A stretch of 64,000 bases of DNA from Chara braunii (taxonomy: Eukaryota > Plantae > Charophyceae). The stretch is from the NCBI GenBank assembly GCA_003427395.1, contig BFEA01000019.1, positions 2,386,032 to 2,450,031 of the forward strand, given 5' to 3'. This document shows, piece by piece, positions 23,889-35,629 of the stretch. The position numbers and the translations under genes are program-made. The notes beneath the pieces were generated by a model. It searched no databases, was not told the DNA's origin, and was given only the letters and a program-made list of their open reading frames with translations. Every line of letters starts with the position of its first letter. The stretch's first letter is position 1.

Positions 23889-24452
23889 ATCTTTGAAGGA
23901 CGATGTGTCTTGATGCTTGTCCCTCTCATGAATGGGAATGAATTTGTGTGCTCTCCTGTGTGAAGGGACTTCTTTCGGAACTCTTCCATTAGTTTCCTAG
24001 GTAATCCCCTGGTGTCGAGGAATTGATCCTCTTGTCTTGTGAACGGTGGATGCGTGTGTACAATTCCCTCGGTTGATTTCCGACCTGTGTACCCCTGTCA
24101 TTTTCGCACCTTTCACAGTGAATGTATGTATGGAGATGTTTGTCGTTTTTGTGTTGATTAGACGCAGCACTCGGCGGGATTTTGTTCGAGAATGCAAGAG
24201 TGTTTAGATCTATAGTTTTGAATGCACTGCGCATGCCATCTGCCTTATGCTGCACGACATCTGCAACCGATCTACAGGGCAGCCTCGAGAAACAAGGCGC
24301 CTGGGATCAACGCCGCGGTGGCTTACTAAACCTGAGTNNNNNNNNNNNNNNNNNNNNNNNNNNNNNNNNNNNNNNNNNNNNNNNNNNNNNNNNNNNNNNN
24401 NNNNNNNNNNNNNNNNNNNNNNNNNNNNNNNNNNNNNNNNNNNNNNNNNNNN

Positions 24453-24501
<49 letters not shown>

Positions 24502-25365
24502 CGCGCGCGCGCGCGCGTCGAAAAGAATTGATTGGTGGTTGTGCGAGTGTTTTTCCTTGATGACGTCTCGGGATTTTTGCAATTGATTGACATGTGGACT
24601 GACAAACGCCCTTCGATCGGGCGTCAGCCTTCCGTATCTCCCGTATCAACGCGACATTTTCCTTACTACGAGGAAAGGACACGTGTATGCGAGTGGGACG
24701 TACGAGAAGTTGTCGCAAGGATCGGCGGACGATATTACTTCCCTCCGGAAAATCGTTGTTCAGGGTTCGTAGAGGCTGGGTTTGTCATTATCGATACACA
24801 CTTTCCACCTTACTCGATATTGTTGCCATTTAACGAGTTGATCGTCATCCCGTGGACGGCAGTAGAACCCCACTGGCCTCGCACTCTATGCACCGAGTGC
24901 CAGCGCTTTGAGCGCTACGAATCCAAGGGTTTCCACTACCGCGTACGGAGTGAAGATGAACACAGAGAAAGAGCCACACGACTGAGGCCCTCCACGTCGG
25001 ACTCAGAACTGACTGGTGAACGACGCCGGGACTTAATACGAGGACGAGACACGCAAAGCGTGTCGAAACCTTTTCGCTCTAAACGAAGGGTCGTAGCACA
25101 GTGGGAAGTCCGACAATACTTTTTGGATTGAATTTGTATTTCTCTCTCCTTTCGCGCCGAACTCTCGCGCGCATTTTGCGACGTGCGAAAAACGGTCGAC
25201 TTACTTCATCGGACCAGCACGGGGGATTTCAGTTGCGTCTATGTCCCCACACTCAATTTCCAAAAATCCTTGGCACACCCCATCTTGCTGTTTTTCTAAG
25301 CCCTTTTTCCGCACCTCTAGCACTCCGAACGAAAGACAGCACAGGGCGTGAGGTTGCGCGTCACA
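22455..25365 (+). mobile_element. LTR 'A' (about 2.9 kb including microsatellites and a gap)
   Basis: Termini tgtgacgcac (22455) and gaggttgcgcgtcaca (25365). CCAAT boxes near 23202 and 23252. TATAAA at 23389-23394. Confidence 0.8.
24532..25131 (+). CDS. LTR-encoded hypothetical CxxC protein (LTR A copy; true start uncertain)
   Basis: Open 199-codon frame containing GFVIIDTHFPPYSILLPFNELIVIPWTAVEPHWPRTLCTECQ. Confidence 0.65.
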   Translation: MVVVRVFFLDDVSGFLQLIDMWTDKRPSIGRQPSVSPVSTRHFPYYEERTRVCEWDVREVVARIGGRYYFPPENRCSGFVEAGFVIIDTHFPPYSILLPFNELIVIPWTAVEPHWPRTLCTECQRFERYESKGFHYRVRSEDEHRERATRLRPSTSDSELTGERRRDLIRGRDTQSVSKPFRSKRRVVAQWEVRQYFLD

Positions 25366-25424
25366 GGGCCTTTCACTCTTACCCCTTACAGGGCTAAGGT
25401 ACAGCGCTGCAACCAAAGTGCCCA

Positions 25425-27927
25425 TGTGACGAACTATTTTCCGTAACCGCGTGACTTTCTGCGCGAAGCTGCTTCACGGGTTCGGACGGGGTGGTCAGAC
25501 GAGGAACATGAGGATGGGTCGGTCGGGCAAGTTGCATGGATGCCCTCACTTCTTTCTTTTTGGACTTTCAGACCAGGGCCGGGAAAGCCCCGCGCAGACA
25601 AGTTGAGTGGCCGCAAAAGTATAACCATTGCCATAGCTTCTTTCTTGTTCTGTTGTGGGAACTGGGAATTCTTGGCGCGATCGTCGTGCGGGAACGTCGT
25701 TTTCAAAATTTCGCACTGATTTCAAGCCCCCAGGGTCTCTCGGAATTGTTTTCCCTTCGGAATTTCTTTTTGTAAATTAGGATTTAGATAGGAATTTAGG
25801 TACCTTAGAAATTTCTGTTGCACAGCGCTTCTTGCTTGCGCACGTCTCGCGACGGTGGGGACTGGGATCTTATTGTATGGCGCCCTTAATCTTGCGTGTA
25901 ACTGTAATTTCTGGCGGGCGGGATTGTAACTGTTCTCCTTCTTGATTCTCTCGTGTTTCCCCACCTTCTCCCTCTCTGTCGCGTACCTCGTCCTCCATTC
26001 TAATTGGCCTAAGCGAATGCATGATCGAATCGATGCGTGGAGTGTGGCTGCGTCCCCCACGCCGCGGCTTGGCCATGCAGACGTAGGCACTTCCTTCTCT
26101 TCCCCTTCCTCTCACTTAGGCATAATCCTGGGTTTTTCGCGCAAGCATGCATGCTATAAATTTTGCAAGCGCGATTAGTTTTCTCTCTATGATTTTGGAA
26201 ATTAGCGCGGTCAGTGAGGATTGGCTAGACAAAGAAGCTTGAAAGGTGAGTAGACGAGAGAGTTGAGCGATCCGACGAGCTGGTGCCGAGTATGCGGGGT
26301 TGACGTGGGGCCGCGACGAACTGTGGCGCACGGGCGAACCTGGCTTGCATACCCAGACTAAGCTGGGTGACAACTCTGTATGGGTGCGAGGCGACGGACT
26401 GCCCGCATCGGAGGTGATGTGGAGTGAGAGAGAGAGAGCGGACGTGTCGGGATGGTGTCTTTTCTCCCCTCATTCATGTAATTTTGACAATCGGCGTCAG
26501 GCGCCGTCAGCTATCTTTTGCTCACGACTATCTCAGATTTTTCTTTCTTTTTGATGATCTGTTTTTTACCTTTACCTCTTTGTAAGCTTGTCCAATCGGA
26601 TACGATAATCGCCTGCATCCGGTTTCCGTGTGTTGTGGGCCAAAATGATGAGAATGAATGATTGGATTGACTGAAGTATCGTGATGCATGTGTACCTGTC
26701 GACTTCTCACCTTTTCTCAGTACAAACAAGGAAGTCATGTGAATAACCATGTGTCTGTCCGTGATCAATGCATGAATGCTGAGTTCTGGGGAAACGCGTC
26801 TCTTGATGGATCTCGAGTTGGCAATAGGGACGATCGAATGTCCCTTGTCTGTGTAATCTCTATCGGTGGTGTTCATAGGTAATGATGGATGCCTGGGACT
26901 GTTGGGTGGGGATAAGGTAGATGTGTATGTTAGATGATTGGACGTGATACATAAATGGATGCCCTCTCCTGAGAGCACCTAACAGACCTCACTCCCCGGG
27001 AACGCCCGCAGGTCTTGTGCACGCACGTGTAAGACCCCGAGGACCGCCGCTTACACGCGTCTGCAAAACCTGCCTGAATGACTGAGGTTTTGATAGTCCC
27101 GCAGTATGAATATTGAGACTCTGTTCCATGTTACTGATCGTGACTCGGGAGTGTCGAAGAGACCGAGAATTCCGAGAATACTGGGAGCGAGTGCACTTTT
27201 ATGCACGCCCCGAGGCTAGATTCCCGGAATTCCCCTATTGAACGGGGCGCGAGCGAGTTTGTCAGTGGGACATCAGGCGAGCCTTGGACGATATTCCTTA
27301 TCCTTTCTTCCGTTCCGGCCCGCACACGTGTCAGATTATCATGGAACCCAGCATCGTCATCATCGAAACGGAATACCCTCCCTATTACCTCACGATGCTC
27401 ACGTTGCCCTTCCACAGCCTAACGATCGCCCCCTGGCGTGCGATCGCTCCTTACTGGCGTGACCCACCTTGCCCTGAGTGCCAGCAAGACCGTGCCTACC
27501 GGGCCGCAGGATTCACCCGATGAACCCTCTCTGAAACCAAGAGATGGGCACACAGTCTTCGACTAACTTAAAGGCCTGTCACGTCGGATTCCGAAACTTG
27601 CAACGTTCGTCGGCAACAATTACTCAGACAGCGCAATAGCCACAGCGTCCCGCTGGTACACCAAATACGGGATAGACCCAGACGACGGAACCCGCGGGGA
27701 TGGTGATCCATCCTCTGAGGTTGAAAAGCTCGATGCGACTTGCGCTTGCCATCTTGTAGAAATACCCCTAGAGCTTGCCACAGGAGATTTTGGTTCCGAC
27801 CTGAGACTCCGCCCCCATTTTCCTAAAATCCTTGGCACAGTGTCACCCCTTTTTCGCACTTTCGGGCCCCCATCCCACTCCGATCAGGAAGTCGCGCAGG
27901 GCGTGAGCCTTGAGGTTGGGCGTCACA
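25425..27927 (+). mobile_element. Solo LTR 'B' (2503 bp) with 4-bp TSD CCCA
   Basis: tgtgacgaac...gggcgtcaca flanked by ccca (25421-25424 and 27928-27931). TATAAA at 26155-26160. Excision restores the LINE frame RRTILW|ALWLQRC. Confidence 0.9.
27284..27523 (+). CDS. LTR-encoded hypothetical CxxC protein (LTR B copy; probably 5'-disrupted)
   Basis: SIVIIETEYPPYYLTMLTLPFHSLTIAPWRAIAPYWRDPPCPECQQDRAYRAAGF. Confidence 0.6.
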   Translation: MDDIPYPFFRSGPHTCQIIMEPSIVIIETEYPPYYLTMLTLPFHSLTIAPWRAIAPYWRDPPCPECQQDRAYRAAGFTR

Positions 27928-28850
27928 CCCACAGGATTGTTCGTCTGCCCAGTCTGAACAGATTGTCTGCAAAGGTGGATGCTTGTGCTAGTGTTGGGCA
28001 ATGACCTACCAGTATGGTCAGCCACGACCATGGCCAGGGTGTTTCTGGTATCATTTTGCGCCAGATACGATCCCACCAGCACCACGTCAGCAGTGCCGCA
28101 GGGCATTGCATAAAGATATGTTCAATGGTTTCATTCCATCTTTGTGAAGGGAAGGCTGTGAGGCACCTCTGGGCCCTGGCACCATGGGAGTGCCATCCCC
28201 TTTTGCTCCAGGTGGGTGTGGTTAATCAGCCAGTCATTTGTTGGCAGACAGCGGTGGGAATTCTGACAGTGCAGGGATGTGGTTTTTGTCGGCCTTGCTT
28301 TATTTTCTCCAAACCATTTAATTGGCGCCAGGAGGGACCTATCCACATTTAAGTGTCTCGCCCATCTGTCCATAATTATATCCCGAATCACTCTTTCGGG
28401 GCGAAGCATCCTATACATGGATCGCACAGACAGGGTGTGTAGAGAGAGCTTCTTGTCGGGTGCCCTCCCCGGCCTCCGCACGGGTTGCCATTGCCACTCT
28501 TGAGGATCTATGGCTAGGGCCCTGACTGAACTACGAGCTGCCGAAAGACGAATAGTATTCGAAGCCATAAAAAAAAGGTCAGTAAAATACACCGTATTGC
28601 CTCTCCCTCCATTCAGCACGGGACCCCTAAAGCAACTATAAGTCAATGACAACACTGTCAAAAGGGACCTTATGGCTCCCTGCCCTAGATTGCGGGATGC
28701 ATCATCCCACCGTCGGTGTAAAATAGAATCTTCCTAATTGTCCCACACAGTCACACAGACTAGTCTGGGTACACCGGGTCATGGATGTACTTCTAAAAAA
28801 TACATACCATGCTGGGGTGGGGTGAAATGTCCCTTAAGGGGCTTCACTTT
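27928..28850 (-). mobile_element. Degenerate L1-type LINE ORF2 C-terminal fragment (continues at 25366-25424)
   Basis: Minus-strand HRCLPTNDWL...ETIEHIFMQCP...RRTILWALWLQRC covers the zf-RVT region and the following W-rich motif. Confidence 0.8.
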
Positions 28851-28855
28851 CATCC

Positions 28856-28929
28856 CAGCTCACTTTTCCGATTGGTTAAGTGTTCCGCCTCTTTGGCGGA
28901 AGGTCTTAGGTTCGATTCCTAGTGGGTTG
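28856..28929 (+). other. tRNA-like sequence (SINE head or pseudo-tRNA); second copy at 29253-29332 across the gap
   Basis: A-box-like TGGTTAAG, stem-loop TCCGC-CTCTTTG-GCGGA, B-box GGTTCGATTCC in a T-arm, and a pairable acceptor stem. The D-arm is irregular. Confidence 0.55.
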
Positions 28930-30017
28930 ATCTTGGGATTCTNNNNNNNNNNNNNNNNNNNNNNNNNNNNNNNNNNNNNNNNNNNNNNNNNNNNNNNNNN
29001 NNNNNNNNNNNNNNNNNNNNNNNNNNNNNNNNNNNNNNNNNNNNNNNNNNNNNNNNNNNNNNNNNNNNNNNNNNNNNNNNNNNNNNNNNNNNNNNNNNNN
29101 NNNNNNNNNNNNNNNNNNNNNNNNNNNNNNNNNNNNNNNNNNNNNNNNNNNNNNNNNNNNNNNNNNNNNNNNNNNNNNNNNNNNNNNNNNNNNNNNNNNN
29201 NNNNNNNNNNNNNNNNNNNNNNNNNNNNNNNNNNNNNNNNNNNNNNNNNNNNCTTTTCCGATTGGTTAAGTGTTCCGCCTCTTTGGCGGAAGGTCTTAGG
29301 TTCGATTCCTAGTGGGTTGATCTTGGGATTCTTGTGTATTTGCAAGCTATTCAATGGCATGTGGGGCGAGGCCCCAGGAGGAGGATGGGGACTCGGAACT
29401 TCAGAAGGAAAAAGAGCGGGAGGAGGACGAGGGGCACGAGCAGGACAAGGAGGGCGAGGACAGCCACCGGGAGGGCAAGGAGAAACAGGACGACAACGAG
29501 CGGCAGGATGGCAACCAATGACGACGAGAGCGGGAGGAGGACTCGGAGGGGGGAGAGTCCCAAAACGGGAAGACGACCGGGGGAGGAGGACCACCACGAG
29601 GAGGACGGAGAGGATGACGAGCGGGATGAGAATGGATGACCAACAAGAGGAAAGAGTGGGACGAGGACGGGGAGCAAGACAACTGAGAGGAGGGGGAGGA
29701 GGGGGAGGATGAGGAGGTTGAGGACAATGACCAGGCTCTTGCTCTCAGCCTCCCCCTCCTCCCGCTTCTCCTCCGCCCGTGCGATGACAAGCCGCAGGAC
29801 GACAAGTGGGAGGAGGCGGAGCGGAAAGAGGAGGAGGAAGCGGAAGGGGGGGTAGGGAAGGTGGGGGGGAGAGGGAGGAGGAGAGGGAGGAGGAAACAGA
29901 GGACAACGAACAGGAGGAGGGGGCCAGAAGGAGGGGAAGCAGCATGTGGTGGCGGAAGAGAAGCGAGAGGCAGGAAGCACAATGTGAAAGGGAGGACGTG
30001 TGCGCGGGCGCGCGCGC

Positions 30018-30055
<38 letters not shown>

Positions 30056-30059
30056 CTAC

Positions 30060-30169
30060 TTCCATCGATAGGATGAGCAAAATCCGATTGAATCAGACAG
30101 TGTATATCTCCATGTTCTAGCACCGACTAGCGGTGGATTCGTTCGATTTTGCTCATCCTATGGATGGAA
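30060..30169. repeat. Small foldback / MITE-like inverted repeat
   Basis: ttccatcgataggatgagcaaaatc pairs with gattttgctcatcctatggatggaa. Confidence 0.7.
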
Positions 30170-30268
30170 CTTCATGGAAGTACCCTCTCTCTCTCACTGA
30201 GGGGCGAGGCTCTTCTGCAGTCACTGAGGGGCAAGGCTCCACTGTAACGGACGTGAAACCAAAACCTC

Positions 30269-30311
<43 letters not shown>

Positions 30312-31608
30312 CCTACCCCCCGAACACCAGGTGTAGTAGGCGCGAAAGTACCTGCCAAACTGGTCAGAGATTAATCCTGCTACCGTAGTCAATAGATTCA
30401 ATACCCTCTCCTTTTTTGTTTTTCCTCTCAAAGTTTTCATACCCTCTCTAAAAAGCCCCACTAGATTTAGAGACTCTCAACTTCTCAAGCAGCTCAAGGA
30501 AAAAGGAGCGTAAGAGGGAGGGTCACTCAAAGAATCTCAGAAACTGGTCAGAAATTAATCCTGCTAGTCAAAACCCTCTCTTTTTTTTTTGAATACCCTC
30601 TCTAGAAAGCCCCACTTAGCTCCCCCCTACATTGCAGAGAGTAAGGAAGACAGAAGAGTAAGGAAGACAGAAGAGATGCTCAAGCCGCTCAAGATACAGG
30701 AGGTGTCACTCAAAGAATCTCACAAAAGGGGGACCTTCTGGGGTGTCAGTGCGACCCTGATGCCGTGCCGGATGCAGGCCCGTGAGCAAAATGTGAAAGT
30801 CGCCTCCTCCGTCACGGTAATTGGCAAGGCCCGAAAGTATGTCAAAAAAGTCCGCCCATGCGCAATCCTGATGAATGTGCCAGTGCCACTGAGTCAACCA
30901 TCTTCCAACAGTCGAAAAGCACTCCGAGACCGCCCAAAGCCAGCAAAGATGCCGCACATAATCGCCAAATGAACCCTCATACTAGGGTCTCTACTCAATC
31001 ACCCCAGGGCCTTTGTGTGTAATGCTGCGGCGTGGTCAAAATGCCATTTGAACGTGGTTGGACCAACCTCGGACCCGGCTTCCTTGCGCACGCCCAGTAC
31101 GTCCAAGTCACAATTTTGACTTAACAAATGAGGTCACAGGCCTGGGGTCCAAAACCCCTATCTGCTGGCCCTCTTTCCCTCCCCCTCACCTTTCCCTCTT
31201 CCTTCCCCTTCTTCCTCCTCTTCTTCTCCTTTAACTTTCAAACTCCAACTTCCGCAGGCCTTCGCCTCAGCCAGAAATGTGTGAGAAATGGCTGAGGCGG
31301 CACCAGCTTTTGTAGATGCTGCTGCCACTGCTGCTGCCTGATTACCTTTTTTCGTTTTGGCCATCGGACAGGAACAAGCTGCTTGACAAGCCATGAGCCC
31401 AGTCCCGCTGAGGCCGTACTCACACTAGCACCATCGTAAATGTATCTGACCGCATTTGCATCCAGAAGTGCATGTGTCTGGGTGCAATTATGTCCAAAAA
31501 TAAGTTAAAAAGTCCTAGTGTGACGATGCCCTGAGGCCTGCACGTCCCTCCAACAAGGCAGGGCCCAGTGTGACCCACCTGCTGCTGCCGTGCTGCAGCG
31601 TGCAGGGC

Positions 31609-31646
31609 CTGTCTCTTATACACATCTAGATGTGTATAAGAGACAG
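31609..31646. other. Nextera mate-pair junction adapter (assembly artefact)
   Basis: CTGTCTCTTATACACATCT+AGATGTGTATAAGAGACAG, two head-to-head Tn5 mosaic ends, next to a gap. Confidence 0.97.
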
Positions 31647-31820
31647 AGTTTACGTCGACGGGGTGACAATCACAGTGGTNNNNNNNNNNNNNNNNNNNNN
31701 NNNNNNNNNNNNNNNNNNNNNNNNNNNNNNNNNNNNNNNNNNNNNNNNNNNNNNNNNNNNNNNNNNNNNNNNNNNNNNNNNNNNNNNNNNNNNNNNNNNN
31801 NNNNNNNNNNNNNNNNNNNN

Positions 31821-31879
<59 letters not shown>

Positions 31880-32222
31880 CATGCTTACATGCTTACATCT
31901 GACAAGAACACGCAAGCTTGCATCAGACATACACACACACACACACACACATGCACACATGATAACATCACAGGCACACACACACATGCAAGCTTACATC
32001 ACACATGTAGAGCTCTTTTCCCTCTTTGAATGGATCTGGCTTGTTCTACGGCCTAAATAAATTCAAGCTAGGGCTGGAACATGGGACCACACCAAGTTCG
32101 ATTGAGGCTTAAATTGTAAAATTTTCGTGAATAAAAAGAAAAGAAAAGAAATATGCATTTGGTCGAGGATTTTCTGACGAGCCACTTTATTTTTGTATTA
32201 TAAATATGTGAAGTATAATTTA

Positions 32223-32343
32223 GGGCCTCGCTCCATTACTCACCAAATGTGCAAAATGAGAATGAATCTTCCGCTAGAACACGGGAAGATACACCTGCAT
32301 ATTTTTTGTTTTTGTGCATTTGGTGAGTAGTGGAGCCAGGCCC
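32223..32343. mobile_element. Tourist/PIF-Harbinger-type MITE
   Basis: TIRs gggcctcgctccattactcaccaaatg and catttggtgagtagtggagccaggccc, with a TTA TSD on both sides. Confidence 0.85.
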
Positions 32344-32348
32344 TTATC

Positions 32349-32385
32349 CTGATGAGTCGGTGAAACTCCCCCGAAACAGTTTGTC
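32349..32385 (+). pseudogene. Truncated, degenerate hammerhead ribozyme motif
   Basis: CTGATGA-GTCGG-TGAAACT-CCCCC-GAAA-CAGTTTG belongs to the same family as 9372 and 58673. The 5' half is absent, with the MITE immediately upstream. Confidence 0.5.
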
Positions 32386-33869
32386 ACAGCCCCTCGTTTG
32401 TAGTCCTCTTCTCCCTCTCTGCCTACGCCGCCCTACGGTTCACAGGGCAGGGTTTTTTTTTTTTACAGGGGCCTTGACCCACTAGCCAAGTATATCATGT
32501 CGTTGTTGGAATTTTCGATCATGTGTGGCCCATGGTGACATTTCATCGTCATTGATGCACCTAAAATTCGACAGTAGGAGGTTTTGCCATCCGTGAACTC
32601 AGAACAGGGAATCTGCCAGCCAGTCCCATTCGAGGGAAAAGCATGTGAGTCCAAAGGAACACCTAAAAAGGTGCACGGCGGTCTGGAAAACAAGACTTCA
32701 AGAGCATGGTCCCACAGACTCCCACTAGCAACCGGATAGGATAGAAAAGAGTTTGTGTGGCAGTTGAGTGACCCAAATCCTGCCGTGCAGTACTCATGAT
32801 CCCACGGTCAGAATTTTACATGTATTACCCAAAAAAGTAAGGAGATCTTGGTTTCCCTCCTCCTCTCCTTAAACCACCAGTACTTGGGCCATATATCGGC
32901 CGCGGGCCTTAGCGTTAAGGCGGGCCTTAGCATTAAGGCTAAGCAAAGTTCGCGCTTCGGGCAACCGGAATCGAATTGGCGTTTCGGCGGGAAACGGCGC
33001 GCAGGGCACTTCCAGGCTCGGCTGCGATAGCTGGGCCAAGTACTGGTGGGCATGGCAGTGCAAAGGAAGGAAGCTTCCCGCCAAAATCTTTTCAATCCGT
33101 TGGGGGTATGGCCAACCCCAAAAGAGAGTGGGGTCGGCCATAGGCCCACTGGATAGAAGATTTTCAGTATTTTGCTTGCTGTTGTGCAATTATTTCATTG
33201 GGTGGAGCCCTCCTTCAATCACGGAGTGTATGGAGGGCGTCAGGACCACTGCTGACAGAAGTTGAGTTTATTACAGAAAATGTGGCAGTTACTTTCTGCA
33301 CTGCTGTTGCAACCACCACCATCAGATCATTTGTGATCTGCTGGGAAGCACTCTGCCGTGATTTCAGGTGGGAGGTCTCTGTTTCTTTTTTTTTTTTTGG
33401 CCTTTCTCCCGTTTTCTCAGCCCAGAAATTCGTAATGAACCTGTCAGGCCCCTGCCACTCAGTGTCACACTGGATCGGCCACACTCCTATCTGACTGCTA
33501 ATGGGACCATGCTCCAAGAGGTAGGGGGCATTTTCAAGACTTTGCGGGCCCCGCTTTTGGCCGTGCAATGGCGAAACGAACAAAAAAATTCGGAAACCGC
33601 CATCTGACAGTCCGCAAACGGAGGTCGTTTCTTACCCCCCTACCAACCAACACGTACAAAACTTCATTTTACCTGTTTCCATCTCGTTCCGTGGGGTAGG
33701 TGCACGGCCTGATGCCTTTATACAACCAAGCATTCCGCCCAGATTCATTTCTCCTTTTTCGACTCACCTCGAGGCAGTGTTTTGGACTGTACGTCCGTAG
33801 TGGACCTTTCCCCAAATGGCATGTGAATCGCATGTGGAAACCGCTCGGTTGTGCAGGATTGGTCCAGTT

Positions 33870-34049
33870 GGCATGGTCCCTGATGCTAACGGCTGTCCCC
33901 TAGCCGGTATCGCTGGCCTGCAGATCGGGAGCAGCCCCCACATGTTCTCTCATGAACACGTTTCTGGCTGCTACGGGGTTCCCCGTATGCCCACAATTAG
34001 GAGTTGTGGTAGGTAGGTAGTGTGAGGTGAAATTGAGAGAAGAATATAG

Positions 34050-34139
<90 letters not shown>

Positions 34140-34177
34140 NNNNNNNNNNNNNNNNNNNNNNNNNNNNNNNNNNNNNN

Positions 34178-34219
<42 letters not shown>

Positions 34220-34478
34220 AGAGGGAGAGAGAGAAAGAGGGGGGGAGAAAGAGAGAGAGAGAGACAGAGTCTGCTGATGTTCGTAGGGGAGGGGACCTGA
34301 GGCAAGGCAATGGGATTTGTCCTGGCATGGTCCCTGATGCCACCGGCTGTCCCCTAGCCGGTATCGCCCACGTGCAGGTCGAGAGCGGCCTCCGCATGTT
34401 CTCTCCTGGACACAGCTGGTACAGGGTTCCCCGTATGCCTACAATTAGGAGTTGTGGCAGGTAGGTAGTGTTAGGTTG
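33870..34478. repeat. Direct duplication of about 160 bp (33870-34030 and 34324-34478) flanking a (GA)n tract
   Basis: ggcatggtccctgatgc...ggggttccccgtatgcc.acaattaggagttgtgg occurs twice with several differences. Confidence 0.85.
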
Positions 34479-35524
34479 AAAATTTCCACTCTCGACCTTC
34501 AACCTCCGACTTGCTTCGCCGGAGGCTTGCGGCTAACCACAAATTTATCTCATATCCCGCCTATCACCAGTCCACGAATTTTTTCCTTTGCCCACGCCGT
34601 GACGCGGAGCTTCCTGTCACCCCGGTTTTTGCTTTGAATTCCCCACTGTGTACAGTGTAGCAATAAGCTATGAATCCCCCCCGGAGGCGGCCATGCGCAG
34701 CCTAGGCAGGCCGCGACCCCACGGCCATGGCCACGGTCCGGGGCCATGAAAAAAAAAAAAAACTGAAAAACAAATATGTTATGCAGAAAACTATACTGAA
34801 CATCTTTTGCCTTCTGGTCATATCCAAAAACTTTACTGAATGTAAAATGAAAAAACACATAAGTTTCATAGTTTTTCTTCAAAAAAACAAAAAAAAAACA
34901 GCTTTTGCCTCAGGAAAATTAGTTTTTGAATTTTTAAAATTCGAAATTTAAGTCAAAAAATAAAATAAAAAATTGCGCAATTTAGATCTCAAAATGATCT
35001 ACAACCCCATATTTTTTTATTTGTTTTTTGAGAACCCTTCTGGTCCCTCCTCCTTTAAATAGTATGTGTTTATTTTATTTTACACCAGTACCCCTTACTT
35101 ATGCGGGCGAAGCTGCACTGGCCCATGGTGTTTTGCTGGTGTACATCTTCTTCTTCTTCTTCTTCTTTCTCATCTCTTGCTCTTCCTTTGTCCCATTCTC
35201 TTGTCAAGTTCTTTTATTTCTTTTGCAATTCAGTGACATTGTCTTTGCTTGTGAATTTGCACTTCGGAACTAGCCAGGATCGTAACACAAGTATGCTATG
35301 TTTTTTTTTTGAAGGATTGAAAGAAGTTCAAGCAGTGATAGATCCTGTAAGAGAGAGAGAGAGAGTTTTCAGTGCGTTATATTCAAAAGGATGCTAGAAA
35401 TACTAGTATCTTGCAAGACATACTTTTTGTCCTCAGCACTGTCAGCAAACATTTTTTATTTTTTTTCACCTCCTCACAACTCACAAGCGAAGAATAGTCA
35501 TGGTAATAGGACTGAGACTGCGTA

Positions 35525-35629
35525 CCGTCTTCCCTTGAATAGAATGCATGGTCATTGTTGTTGTATCTAGACTGAAAGTTGCCCCAAATACAGCTATAAT
35601 GACAGTTCTTTCTATTCGGGGGAAGATGG
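35525..35629. mobile_element. Tc1/mariner-type MITE (about 105 bp), family copy 1
   Basis: TA-ccgtcttccc...gggaagatgg-TA, homologous to 54406-54510. Confidence 0.75.

Noticed and set aside
28862-29332. Apparent tandem pair of tRNA-like genes
   Set aside because: Identical 80-bp sequence on both edges of an N-gap is most simply an unmerged contig overlap.
31609-31646. Tn5/IS50 ends suggesting horizontal transfer
   Set aside because: It is the exact synthetic mosaic-end junction of Nextera mate-pair libraries, located at a gap edge.
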